NCBI GenBank assembly: GCA_964486045.1
Contig: CAZALK010000008.1
Span: 128,001 to 192,000 of the forward strand
Source: an uncultured archaeon
Lineage (GTDB): Archaea > Asgardarchaeota > Lokiarchaeia > Sigyniarchaeales > SOKP01
Reading direction: 5' to 3'
DNA: 64,000 bases
A program made the translations under genes and the position numbers. Below are positions 47,474 to 57,425 of the stretch, piece by piece. The notes beneath the pieces were generated by a model. The model was given only the letters and a program-made list of their open reading frames with translations, had not been told where the DNA came from and did no database searches. Positions within the stretch are counted from its first letter, which is position 1. Each line of letters opens with the position of its first letter.

Positions 47474-48835
47474 GTGAAAAAAATGTCTAAAACAATTGAG
47501 ATGCCATGGGTTGAAAAATATAGACCTAAAAGCCTTAAAGATATGGCTTTACCTACAGCCAAGGTAAATGGGCAAAGAGTTAAACTTATTGAAGAATTAA
47601 CAAAATTTGTAAAAATTTTCTTCCAAGAACGAAATAGAATAAATCAAGAAAATAATAAAATCAAAGCATTTAATAGAACGGTTATAGAAAAGGATCAAAA
47701 AGTAAAATTGGAAATTAATTTTGAAAAAGCAGCCATATTATTAGAAGGACCTCCTGGTATTGGTAAAACCTCCATCGTATATGCACTTGCTAACGATTTT
47801 AATATGGAGGTTATAGAGACTAACGCTTCTGATACACGAACGAGAGCCGCGTTGGAAAGAAGATTGAAAGAAACTACCAAATCTCGGGGTATAATGGATT
47901 TCATAACTCAATCGAAAGAGAAGCTTATACTCATTGATGAAATAGATGGCATCTATGGAGTAAAAGATCGAGGTGCTGTCCCAACTATTATAGATTTAAT
48001 CCAAAAAACTCAATTTCCCATTATAATGTGTTCTAACGAGTATAAAACTAATCTCCAGTCCCTCTATAATAAAATTCGCAGATTCGAAGTACATCCTTTA
48101 TCTAAAGGGGAATCATTAAGGATTGTTCAAAACATTCTCAAAAAAGAAAATATTACTCAACTTAAAGAAGGGGATTTAGAATTAATAATAGAGAAGAATA
48201 ATGGGGATCTCCGAGGTGTAATTAACGATATTCAAGGTATTAGCCAAGGTGAAATAGAGGGTAATATCAAGGAATTGATTCTTAGTTTACGACGAGATTC
48301 TTTAGAAGAGATTTTTTCCTTAATTAGTAACCTATTTAAAGTGTCCTCTTTAAGAGAAGCTCGAAACTTAACAGATAAATCTGACGTTGATTATAATTTT
48401 CTATATAAATGGGTCAATGAAAATCTCCCCACATTCATAAAAACTAATAGAGAACTTGCTGATGCTTATGAAAATCTCTCGTTAGCAGACGAGATCTTTG
48501 GAAGAATACGTATTAATCAGTATTGGGGTTTATTGCCTTATTTCTTTGATCTTTTTGCGGGAGGTGTTGCATTGTCTAGGAAGGAAACTCCTGAGGCTAA
48601 AGGCTTTCGAAGAGTTGTTTTCCCTAGATATTCTTCAGGAGGATTCTTCTCTTTAACTAACCCTCAGAAAGAATTGGTTGAAAAATTAAATAAGAAATAT
48701 GAGATTTCTCAGATAGATTTCATTCAAAATTTACTCCCGTTTTTAAAAATTTTGTGTGGATCTTCACGAAAACAACTCAAAAATATTAGTGATTGGTTGG
48801 ATTTGGACGCGAAGGAGAAAAAATTATTAAAATAA
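47474..48835 (+). CDS. rfcL: Replication factor C large subunit
   Basis: PWVEKYRP, GPPGIGKT, ETNASDTR, IDEIDG, GDLR, WVNEN and LSLAD..FGRI...QYWGL motifs. Confidence 0.93.
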   Translation: MKKMSKTIEMPWVEKYRPKSLKDMALPTAKVNGQRVKLIEELTKFVKIFFQERNRINQENNKIKAFNRTVIEKDQKVKLEINFEKAAILLEGPPGIGKTSIVYALANDFNMEVIETNASDTRTRAALERRLKETTKSRGIMDFITQSKEKLILIDEIDGIYGVKDRGAVPTIIDLIQKTQFPIIMCSNEYKTNLQSLYNKIRRFEVHPLSKGESLRIVQNILKKENITQLKEGDLELIIEKNNGDLRGVINDIQGISQGEIEGNIKELILSLRRDSLEEIFSLISNLFKVSSLREARNLTDKSDVDYNFLYKWVNENLPTFIKTNRELADAYENLSLADEIFGRIRINQYWGLLPYFFDLFAGGVALSRKETPEAKGFRRVVFPRYSSGGFFSLTNPQKELVEKLNKKYEISQIDFIQNLLPFLKILCGSSRKQLKNISDWLDLDAKEKKLLK

Positions 48836-48896
48836 ATAAAATTTTTCTAAAATTAATCAAAATAAATCATTATCTAATTAGAGGATTGTAGAAAAG

Positions 48897-49391
48897 ATGG
48901 AGGTGATTAGAATTGAGAATGCTACTCCCGATGATCAAAAACAACTAGAAGAGACATTTCAACATTTTAAGGATAAATCTGCCATGAGAAAAAGGGCTGA
49001 ATGTTATCTTTTCCATAATAACACCGTTCTTGCTAAAGATGGAAATTGTATGATAGGGAAAGTGTTATGGTATGTTAAAGGAAATCCCAATGATGGACTT
49101 GTTGAACTTGAGGAGTTATACGTACTTGAAGAATATAGAAGAAAAGGAGTAGGATCGGAGTTGATAAAATTCTCTATTAATTCTGTCCAAAAACATTTTA
49201 AAAGCATCGGAATAGAACCCAGACGGATTTATCTTTTTACAAATGAAGATAATCAAAGTGCTAGAAAGCTTTACGAAAACTTTGGATTTAAGTATATAGC
49301 AAATTTGGGTCATTTACATGCTGATGATGAAAGTGATCTATTTTATATTTTAGATCTCACAAAAAAGCATAATCTCTCCAAAAATGAGTAG
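48897..49391 (+). CDS. GNAT family N-acetyltransferase
   Basis: LYVLEEYRRKGVG and N.SARKLYENFGF motifs. Confidence 0.9.
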   Translation: MEVIRIENATPDDQKQLEETFQHFKDKSAMRKRAECYLFHNNTVLAKDGNCMIGKVLWYVKGNPNDGLVELEELYVLEEYRRKGVGSELIKFSINSVQKHFKSIGIEPRRIYLFTNEDNQSARKLYENFGFKYIANLGHLHADDESDLFYILDLTKKHNLSKNE

Positions 49392-49608
49392 ATTAAATAT
49401 TAAAAAATATGGCCATTTTGAAATTTTATATGAAATTACCATATTTTTAAACAGGTTTTTCTGATTTAATTAGAGATTCCTTAAAAATATTCCTAATAAT
49501 TGTTCGAAAACTTACAAATATCAATGTTAACTAGATTTACACCTACCCATAAATTTAAATAAGATCTTTTGACTTTAACAAATAAACTATTATTTAGGTT
49601 AACAAAAA

Positions 49609-50223
49609 ATGTCTGAAATTAAACAAGGAGAATTGGAATTTACCCTAACTAAAAAATCACAATTAACTATCCAAATAGTAGGAGGAGCAATCTTTGGTGC
49701 CCTATCTTTAGTTTTTTCTCTTTATGTGGTACCATATTTACCTAGAACTCCGGAAGGCTTCGCTTATTTCGATCCTGTTTCAATTATATGGGTAACAAGT
49801 TTTTTAATTTTTGGCCCCTTAGCAGGAATTTTAAGTTGTGTAATTGGAATGGTAGTACTTTTTCCTTTTGATCCTTTCACCCCAATTGGTCCTCTTATGA
49901 AGTTTTCAGCAACTTTTTCATTGATAATTATCCCCATACTGTTACTATATCTGTTTAAACGGCAAGCAGGAGAGCGAATGAGTCAAAAATTGAAAAAGCC
50001 AAAAATTTATATAATTTATGGAGCATTAGGCGTATTAGTTAGAATAATCGTGATGATAATTCTAAATATTATAGTGTATTTGGCGTTTTATGGTCCAGCT
50101 GGATTGGAATATTGGATAATATTAGTAATTCTACTTAACGCTCTAACCAGTTTATGGGATTTATTAGTTCCTTATTTACTTGTATACACAACTAAACTTG
50201 ATGAAAAATTCGAAATTTGGTAA
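49609..50223 (+). CDS. ECF transporter S-component-like membrane protein
   Basis: GAIFGALS, FDPVSI...LIFGP..G and multiple TM segments. Confidence 0.7.
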   Translation: MSEIKQGELEFTLTKKSQLTIQIVGGAIFGALSLVFSLYVVPYLPRTPEGFAYFDPVSIIWVTSFLIFGPLAGILSCVIGMVVLFPFDPFTPIGPLMKFSATFSLIIIPILLLYLFKRQAGERMSQKLKKPKIYIIYGALGVLVRIIVMIILNIIVYLAFYGPAGLEYWIILVILLNALTSLWDLLVPYLLVYTTKLDEKFEIW

Positions 50224-50536
50224 CTAAAATACTTTTTTTTATCTCTTATTTAAATTTTTAATGAAAGAAAGAAATTAGATTTAATTTAATCAATGCTCTA
50301 GCAATTTCTCTTTAATAAAATTTTTCTACTTTAAACTCATTTCAAATAAGAATTAGAGGATAATGTTTTTCATACTTCGTTATTGATGACTTTTTTTCTT
50401 TATTCATAATAAAAACAACCTATACTATTCTATCGGAAATAGTTGGTCAACCTTTTTTAAACAAGTTTCCAAATAAATATTAATCAAAGTTTCACAATTT
50501 ACAGTAATTTAAAAATTAAAAAATTAGGAGAGATTA

Positions 50537-51337
50537 ATGATTTCAGAAAAAAATTATAAAGATATTATTTTCAGGACAGAAGCAGGCGTCTGTACAATAA
50601 CTCTCAATCGCCCAAACAAACTAAATGCTATACGATATCTTACAATAATGGAAATTCTAGATGTTATCGAATCAATAATGAAAGATAATTCTATACGGGT
50701 AATAGTTTTTAATGGAGCTGGTAGAAGTTTTTGTTCTGGTGATGATTTAGTAAGTATGGGCACTAGAGGTGATGAATTTCCACCAATTGATCCCAAATTT
50801 AAACTACCGCACCATAAGCTAATATTCCTAATAAGAGAGATTCAAATACCTGTCATAGCATTATTACATGGACATTGTTTAGGAGCGGGATTTGAGCTAG
50901 CACTTGCTTGTGATTTTAGATTAACTGCCGATGATCTTGAAATTGGAGACCATCGAACTACAAGAGCGATCTGTATGTTGCATGGAGCAAGTTGGTTTCT
51001 TCCTAGATTAATAGGGTTTGCGAGGGCAACAGAAATAGTTCTTACTGGAAAACATTTAGATGCAGAAGAAGCATTGGAAATTGGTTTAGTAAATAAAGTC
51101 TATCCTGCTTCCCAGTTCAATGAAGATTCTAAAGAATTCATACGAAAAATAGCTAAAATGCCCACAAAATGTCTCGGTTACAATAAAGCTATGTTCAATT
51201 ATTCATTTATTAACGATCTTCCCAGTTCTTTGCAAAACGAATTCAATTTGTTTACTGAAAACACGAAAACAAGTGATTCTAGAGAAGGCAATAAATCATT
51301 TATTGAAAAAAGGGCACCACAATTTAAAGGGAAATGA
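50537..51337 (+). CDS. Enoyl-CoA hydratase/isomerase family protein
   Basis: ITLNRP.KLNA, FCSGDDL, G.CLGAGFELALACD and AEEALEIGLV motifs. Confidence 0.93.
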   Translation: MISEKNYKDIIFRTEAGVCTITLNRPNKLNAIRYLTIMEILDVIESIMKDNSIRVIVFNGAGRSFCSGDDLVSMGTRGDEFPPIDPKFKLPHHKLIFLIREIQIPVIALLHGHCLGAGFELALACDFRLTADDLEIGDHRTTRAICMLHGASWFLPRLIGFARATEIVLTGKHLDAEEALEIGLVNKVYPASQFNEDSKEFIRKIAKMPTKCLGYNKAMFNYSFINDLPSSLQNEFNLFTENTKTSDSREGNKSFIEKRAPQFKGK

Positions 51338-51481
51338 GTTCTTTATGGTGTTACATATCGATTTAAAAGTCCATAATTAAAGAATACTTTAAGGACTGCT
51401 CTAGTTAACGTATAAATTTTTAAAGGAAAACTATCCCAAAAATATCATTCAATTTAAAATTTAAGATAAATTTTCAATTAT

Positions 51482-52744
51482 ATGGAAATAACAAAAGAAA
51501 TACAAGAATTTCTTCTTAACGATGCATTAGAGCGTTTTTTACGGTATGTAAAAATTTGGACTACTTCTGATGAAACTATAAAAACAGTCCCAACAACTCA
51601 AAACCAATTAGAATTAGGAAGGGTATTGGTGGAGGAATTAAAAGAATTAAATCTTGATGGGGTAATTCATGATGAATTTGGATTTGTCTATGCACGTTTA
51701 CCTCCAAGTAAAGGCTTTGAAAAAGCAAAACCTATAGGTTTGTTAGCTCATATGGATACTTCTTATGCTGTTAGTGGTAAAGATGTGAAACCTATTATTC
51801 ATAAGAACTATGATGGCAAAGAGATAAAATTTATTCAGGATAAGGATTTAATCTTAAATTTTGATGACTCTCCTCACTTAGAAGAATTTATAGGTCTTGA
51901 CATAATCACAACTGAAGGGGATACTCTATTAGGAGCTGATGATAAAGCAGGCATCGCTGAAATTATGGCTACTTGTGCCGCGTGGACTAGATATTCAGAG
52001 TTAAAACACGGTCCAATAATCATTTGTTTTACAACAGATGAAGAAACAGGAATAGGAATAGATAAAGTTGATAGAAAAAAGTTACCTGATATATGTTATA
52101 CGGTAGATGGAGGTGTAATTGGTGAATTGGAATATGAATGTTTTGATGCATGGCGAGCTGATTTTAGATTTAAAGGTTTAAGTGTGCATCCCGGTTATGC
52201 CAAGAATAAAATGATAAACTCAATTCAATTAGCAAGTATGTTTTTTAGCGACTTTCCTGAATCTGAGACACCAACACACACCGAAAAGAGAGAGGGATAT
52301 TTTCATTTAACTAAAATGAAAGGAAAAGCCGAAGAAACTACAGCAAGAATGATAATTAGAGATTTTGATGCAAAAGAAACCCAAAGACGGGTGGATTATA
52401 TAAAAAATTTGCAAAATACCTTTGAGATTCGCTATCCTGGATTAAAGATTGATATTGAGTTTACTCATCAGTATCAAAATATGGCTAAATTTATTAAGAA
52501 AAAACTATTTATAGTTGAATTAGCTAAACAGGCTATAGAAACTGCAGGCTTAGAAGTTAAAATTCATCCCATTAGAGGAGGCACAGATGGGGCCAGATTA
52601 AGTGCAAAAGGGATCCTAACTCCAAATCTGTTTTCTGGAGGATCATTACATCATTCAAGGAAGGAACATATTCCTACTTTAGCTCTACAAAAAGCAGCTG
52701 AAGTTTTGATACACTTAGCTGAATTATGGACTAACAAAAAATAA
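51482..52744 (+). CDS. pepT: Peptidase T (M20B tripeptidase)
   Basis: AHMDT, LLGADDKAG, DEETG, VHPGYAK and PIRGGTDG motifs. Confidence 0.93.
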   Translation: MEITKEIQEFLLNDALERFLRYVKIWTTSDETIKTVPTTQNQLELGRVLVEELKELNLDGVIHDEFGFVYARLPPSKGFEKAKPIGLLAHMDTSYAVSGKDVKPIIHKNYDGKEIKFIQDKDLILNFDDSPHLEEFIGLDIITTEGDTLLGADDKAGIAEIMATCAAWTRYSELKHGPIIICFTTDEETGIGIDKVDRKKLPDICYTVDGGVIGELEYECFDAWRADFRFKGLSVHPGYAKNKMINSIQLASMFFSDFPESETPTHTEKREGYFHLTKMKGKAEETTARMIIRDFDAKETQRRVDYIKNLQNTFEIRYPGLKIDIEFTHQYQNMAKFIKKKLFIVELAKQAIETAGLEVKIHPIRGGTDGARLSAKGILTPNLFSGGSLHHSRKEHIPTLALQKAAEVLIHLAELWTNKK

Positions 52745-52758
52745 AAGATACAACCTAC

Positions 52759-53991
52759 TTAATCTTTTTTTAGAATTTTAGAGAAATCTGTTATCGCAAA
52801 CACAATGATAAATATAAATAAGAGAGTTGCGGTGTAAGTAAAAGCCCATGTGAATGAAAGAGCATCATAGATAAAACCAAATAGTAAAGATTCCCCTAAA
52901 GATATTAACCCAACAGATAGGTAATAATACCCATATGCTCTGCCCCTTTTGTTTTTGCCTGCTAAATCAGCAATGTAAGCTCTAGATATAGGATCCACAG
53001 ATGCCAAATAGAAACCAAAAAGGGCGTATATAATTATTATAACTATAAGTGAAAACGGTGAAGGAGTAAAGGGAAGTGCTAAAATAACACAAGAAAACAA
53101 CAAAACAGATAACCCAATAATAATTATTGGTTTACGCCCAATTTTATCCGACAAGGAACCTGTAACAGGAGAAAGGAACATGTATATTACATTTGTGAGT
53201 AAGTAAAAAATAGGTATTAGAAAAATAAAGCCAGCAGAAATAAAATCTAATGACCTAGCTTGAAGGAAAACAATATCTAAACTGGCAAATTCAATTACGC
53301 CTAGGATTATAATAAGTTTTACAAATTTTTTACTGATTTTGTCCACTTTAGGTTCTCCATAATATTTTAATTTCGTTTCATCTAATTTTGCTGGATCAAC
53401 ATCTTTTATAAAAAATATTAATACAACTGCACAAATCCCGGGGAAAATTGAAAAAAGTATTATTTGAGAATAAGTCCATTGCCGAAATAAGAAAAGAAAT
53501 GCTAGAAGTGAACCGACAACCGCTCCCAATGTATCCATAGCGCGATGCATTCCAAAGGCTTTTCCTTTCTTAACAGCATAATAAGAAATTAGAGTATCTC
53601 GCGAAGATGTTCTAAGTCCCTTACCAAATCGATCAACGGCCTTTAACCCTAAAATAGATTGCCAAGAGGGACTAAATGCGATAAACGGTTTTGAAAGATT
53701 TGATACCGTATATCCCGCAACCACAAACGGTTTTCTTTTATTTATCTTATCACTCGCCCATCCCGAAACTCCTTTCAAAACGTTAGCAAGAGCGGTTGTT
53801 ATTCCTGCGATTAAACCTAAAACAAAGGTAGGATTATCTTTAACTAGATCTATAATAAATAAGGGTAAAATACTCTGGATCATCTCGCTAGAGACATCAG
53901 TAAAAAAAGAAACTAGTCCCATTATAAAAACGGGTAAAGAAACCCCTAAAATTAGTTTTGTTTGAAGATGGGACTTATTTCCTTCGCTCAT
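52759..53991 (-). CDS. MFS transporter
   Basis: DVSSEMI, SDK..KRK, DRFGKGLR and GSLSDKIGRK motifs, with a multi-TM pattern. Confidence 0.92.
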   Translation of the reverse strand: MSEGNKSHLQTKLILGVSLPVFIMGLVSFFTDVSSEMIQSILPLFIIDLVKDNPTFVLGLIAGITTALANVLKGVSGWASDKINKRKPFVVAGYTVSNLSKPFIAFSPSWQSILGLKAVDRFGKGLRTSSRDTLISYYAVKKGKAFGMHRAMDTLGAVVGSLLAFLFLFRQWTYSQIILFSIFPGICAVVLIFFIKDVDPAKLDETKLKYYGEPKVDKISKKFVKLIIILGVIEFASLDIVFLQARSLDFISAGFIFLIPIFYLLTNVIYMFLSPVTGSLSDKIGRKPIIIIGLSVLLFSCVILALPFTPSPFSLIVIIIIYALFGFYLASVDPISRAYIADLAGKNKRGRAYGYYYLSVGLISLGESLLFGFIYDALSFTWAFTYTATLLFIFIIVFAITDFSKILKKD

Positions 53992-54051
53992 GATTTCAGA
54001 AATTTTTTAATAAGGAATAAATATAATAAAAATAATTGAATAAAATAAATT

Positions 54052-54747
54052 GTGATTCCAATGAATGAAGAAGATAAAACTCTAAATGTGATTGATGAGA
54101 CTATTCAAGCTGCTGAGACAAGTTTTAAGGAATTCATCGAAGTATTAGAAACATCAAGAACAGCATTGTTACACCTTGAAAGCGATAAAGTTGAACTGAG
54201 CAAAGAAAAAGAGACGCTTGAAAAAGAAAAGGTTCAATTAGAAGAAGAAAAAATCAAATTAGAAGGAGAGGCCCAAAAATTAGAAATCGATAAAAAAAAA
54301 CTAGAAGAAGCAACTGAAAAGCTTGAATTGGAGAAACAGGAAAGAGACCAAAAAATCGGTTCATTGACAGAAGAACAAGTGAAATTATTAGATGAGTACC
54401 AAAAAGTTAAAGTTGAATTGCAGAAATTTATGGAGGCAACTGCCGAAGCAGAATCGGCAGAATTTAACTTCGAAAGAGTTCGAGCTTTGCTTTCAATTTA
54501 TACTGTATTAGTTTCTGATATTTGGGCGGGACAACCTCATTATAGAATACTACTGACTCTTCATGGAGATAAAGAAGAAATGACCAGAGACGAAATAAAA
54601 AACACTACTGGAATTGGAGGTGCTTTTGTATTACGATCTGTTCAAGAATTAGCAAAAGTTGGTCTAGTTGAGTACGATATGGATACTCAGACTGCAAAGT
54701 TAAAAAAACGCCTATTTCCAAAACGAGCATTAGAGGAAAAGAAATAA
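54052..54747 (+). CDS. Coiled-coil protein with C-terminal winged helix
   Basis: Regular heptads (KEKETLE/KEKVQLE/EEKIKLE...), then MTRDEIKNTTGIGG..VLRSVQELAKVGLVEY. Confidence 0.75.
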   Translation: MIPMNEEDKTLNVIDETIQAAETSFKEFIEVLETSRTALLHLESDKVELSKEKETLEKEKVQLEEEKIKLEGEAQKLEIDKKKLEEATEKLELEKQERDQKIGSLTEEQVKLLDEYQKVKVELQKFMEATAEAESAEFNFERVRALLSIYTVLVSDIWAGQPHYRILLTLHGDKEEMTRDEIKNTTGIGGAFVLRSVQELAKVGLVEYDMDTQTAKLKKRLFPKRALEEKK

Positions 54748-54757
54748 GATTTCTTTT

Positions 54758-55744
54758 TTATCTTTGTTTGGGCTTTAAAGCTTCAGGATTTTTAGCTTCA
54801 AATCCAGCATTTACTCCTAAATCATCAACAATTATGTTCTTATTCTTCCTATCAAACAATTTCAACTTAATTTTTGAGTTAATACTTTCAGCTATACGCC
54901 CCGACATTATCCCTCCTTGTGGAGCCTTTAGAGATATAGATTCAATACCTTTTTTAGAAACTTCAAAATAAAGGATATGTTTCTTATCTTCTACTAAAAT
55001 TTTAATATTATTTGGATTGACATCTAACGATTTTACCTTTGCGCCGGTATAGGTAGCAAATATAAAGAATTTTCCTTCAAACCAAATTGCACTTAAGAAC
55101 CCATTAATTTGCTTTCCGAGTAAAGGTATTTTAGCAATTGAAAACATAAAGGATAGATTTTGATTTGAAAAGTGATTTGATTGTATCCAAATCCATGCTA
55201 CAGGAAAAGATTTACCCCAATCTTTTTCTACATACCCCCTCCCATTGTTAAAATTCACGGTTTCTCCATTAATTGATATTTTACCTTGTATCTTATGATT
55301 CATACTCACTACAGCATGGTAGGTTTCCAAAAAGGGTATATACGAGAGCCATCCCATTGCTCCAGGTTGCAAGAATTTTTTGGGCCAAGGGATTGAATCA
55401 ATATACTTAAGATCTCCAGTAATTTTATATCCTTGTTTATCAATATCAAGGTGAACTCGCTCTATTGAGAAATAATTTTTTTCTATAGAAATCTTGAATT
55501 TTTTATTTGATAGATTTTTAAACTCATCTATAGGAAACTTAAAATATACAGTCGTTGCATTAACCGCGTCAAAATATTGAATAGCACAGTGTGAAGTTTG
55601 TTCTTTCTTGTTCAATGCTACTGTTGGAATTATGGCGTATATATGTTCTGCTGATGCATCGATTATTTTGTTATACCACCCTTCAAAATAGATTTTTTTC
55701 TTCATGTTTCCTTGAAATGCTTCAGGGTTGCTTTTCTTCACCAT
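54758..55744 (-). CDS. Tocopherol cyclase family protein
   Basis: YFEGWY, MGWLSYIPF.E..H and GYVEKDWGKSFP..WIWIQSNHF motifs. Confidence 0.85.
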   Translation of the reverse strand: MVKKSNPEAFQGNMKKKIYFEGWYNKIIDASAEHIYAIIPTVALNKKEQTSHCAIQYFDAVNATTVYFKFPIDEFKNLSNKKFKISIEKNYFSIERVHLDIDKQGYKITGDLKYIDSIPWPKKFLQPGAMGWLSYIPFLETYHAVVSMNHKIQGKISINGETVNFNNGRGYVEKDWGKSFPVAWIWIQSNHFSNQNLSFMFSIAKIPLLGKQINGFLSAIWFEGKFFIFATYTGAKVKSLDVNPNNIKILVEDKKHILYFEVSKKGIESISLKAPQGGIMSGRIAESINSKIKLKLFDRKNKNIIVDDLGVNAGFEAKNPEALKPKQR

Positions 55745-55898
55745 ATTATTCCTCTTTTGATTATTATAACTTTCTTAATAATTAGGTAAAACACAATTGG
55801 GGACAATTCATAAGGATAAATCTCAAAATTCTAAGATAAATTTTGATCCAATAGGTTCTGTGATATCAACATTCTAAAATGATTTAAAATTTATCATT

Positions 55899-56369
55899 AT
55901 GAATTTAATTGAAATTATTTTTACATGGTCTAAACCTTCACCACACATGAAATTAAGATCGAGACTGCTAGTCATTATACTTGTCATTTCTGGGTTTGGG
56001 TTTGTTTTTTATGCAGGATTTCTTGTTTTTCCCTACCTTAATCTTGGAAATGAGGGACCAAACATTAATTATTTAGCTCCCTATATTAACAATACTCATT
56101 CTTGCTCTAAACACAGTTTAGGCTGTACTGCAGAATTACCAAATCAAATAATCAACTATACAGTTTGGAGTACAGATGGGATTATAAATAAAACGAGTTA
56201 TGCTACAACTGGTGATAATGGATTTTTTAAATTAGATCTGGAAGTAGATAAAAGTTATGTGATTCTTATGCAAGCAATTGTTAATAATATCTTCTATAAG
56301 GGTATAGCAAGTTTTAGTACAGTAGTTGGAAGTGCTAATTGTATTACTACTGGTCAATTAATGTCATAA
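55899..56369 (+). CDS. CueP-like metal-binding protein with N-terminal anchor
   Basis: APYINNTHSC..HSLGC..EL, NGFF.L.L and terminal CITT motifs. Confidence 0.7.
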   Translation: MNLIEIIFTWSKPSPHMKLRSRLLVIILVISGFGFVFYAGFLVFPYLNLGNEGPNINYLAPYINNTHSCSKHSLGCTAELPNQIINYTVWSTDGIINKTSYATTGDNGFFKLDLEVDKSYVILMQAIVNNIFYKGIASFSTVVGSANCITTGQLMS

Positions 56370-56495
56370 TTTATTAAGTTTAGTGGCAGGAATTTAATTT
56401 ACTCCCATATAACATATTAATAGCATTAAATTCATTCCTTACCTTTCATTAATTTCCAAAAGTAGTTCTTTGAGATTATTTAAAAAAATTGTTTT

Positions 56496-57260
56496 TTATT
56501 GTCGTTTGAGGAATTTCAAGACCTTTTTTTTAAATCTTTGATCAGCTACAACGTTAAGGTGATTTTTATTAGGTATTCTAATCAATTGAGAACCAGGTAT
56601 TGCATCAGCGAGTTTTTTATCACTTTTGACGTAAGGGTAGTCATCTTCACCGTTTATTATGATGACTGGAATGTCGACATTAGCTAGACCATCACCTCCG
56701 AGTTGGACAGGATATCCTTCAGGCCACATTTGTAGGGCTGATAATGCAAGAGCCTCACGATCGTTATTTGGGTTTGAATCAACATAATCCCGATAAATAC
56801 GACCTAAACGATTAGTGATTTGAGAGGGATCTTCTGCCCTTAAGGCATCAGCGATAAAGTGTACATCCTTACTTTCTTCAGTTTCATCGCCTATACCACC
56901 TAAAATCACTGAAGTAATTCTTTCTCTATTATGACCTAGCAGATGAACCGCCATAAAAGCTCCCATGGAATAGCCAAAAAGATCAACCTTAGGTAAGTTG
57001 AGATGATCCATCAGGTGTAGAACATCCTGAGCCATGATACTATAGCTATAAACCTTTTGATTGTGAGGTTTATCGCTTTGTCCATGACCTCTACAATCCA
57101 TAGCAATAACCATCCGTATCGATTGAATTTTCTTCACCCAGCCTGATTCTATCCAATTTTTTTTTAGATCAGAGCCCCAACCGTGTACTAGAATAATGGG
57201 TTTCCCTTGGCCAAATGTCTCGTAATAGATTTGTAAACCGTCTGAAGGAGCATATGCTTT
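56496..57260 (-). CDS. Alpha/beta hydrolase (start codon unclear)
   Basis: DCRGHG, GYSMG nucleophile, NGEDD and catalytic H. The frame continues upstream of the GTG at 57137 through SDGLQIYYETFGQGKPIILVHGWG. Confidence 0.8.
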   Translation of the reverse strand, partial: KAYAPSDGLQIYYETFGQGKPIILVHGWGSDLKKNWIESGWVKKIQSIRMVIAMDCRGHGQSDKPHNQKVYSYSIMAQDVLHLMDHLNLPKVDLFGYSMGAFMAVHLLGHNRERITSVILGGIGDETEESKDVHFIADALRAEDPSQITNRLGRIYRDYVDSNPNNDREALALSALQMWPEGYPVQLGGDGLANVDIPVIIINGEDDYPYVKSDKKLADAIPGSQLIRIPNKNHLNVVADQRFKKKVLKFLKRQ

Positions 57261-57425
57261 TACGATACTTTTACACTTCTTGCCTATTTTATTGTTACAA
57301 ACTTGAGATTAGGAAATTTCTAATTGCATAAAATTGTATCTAATTAAAATTCCTATTCTTAATTTTAAAAGAGATTGGATCAGAATAAACTTATCTACTT
57401 AAAATCATAAATTTTAATCGGAATT

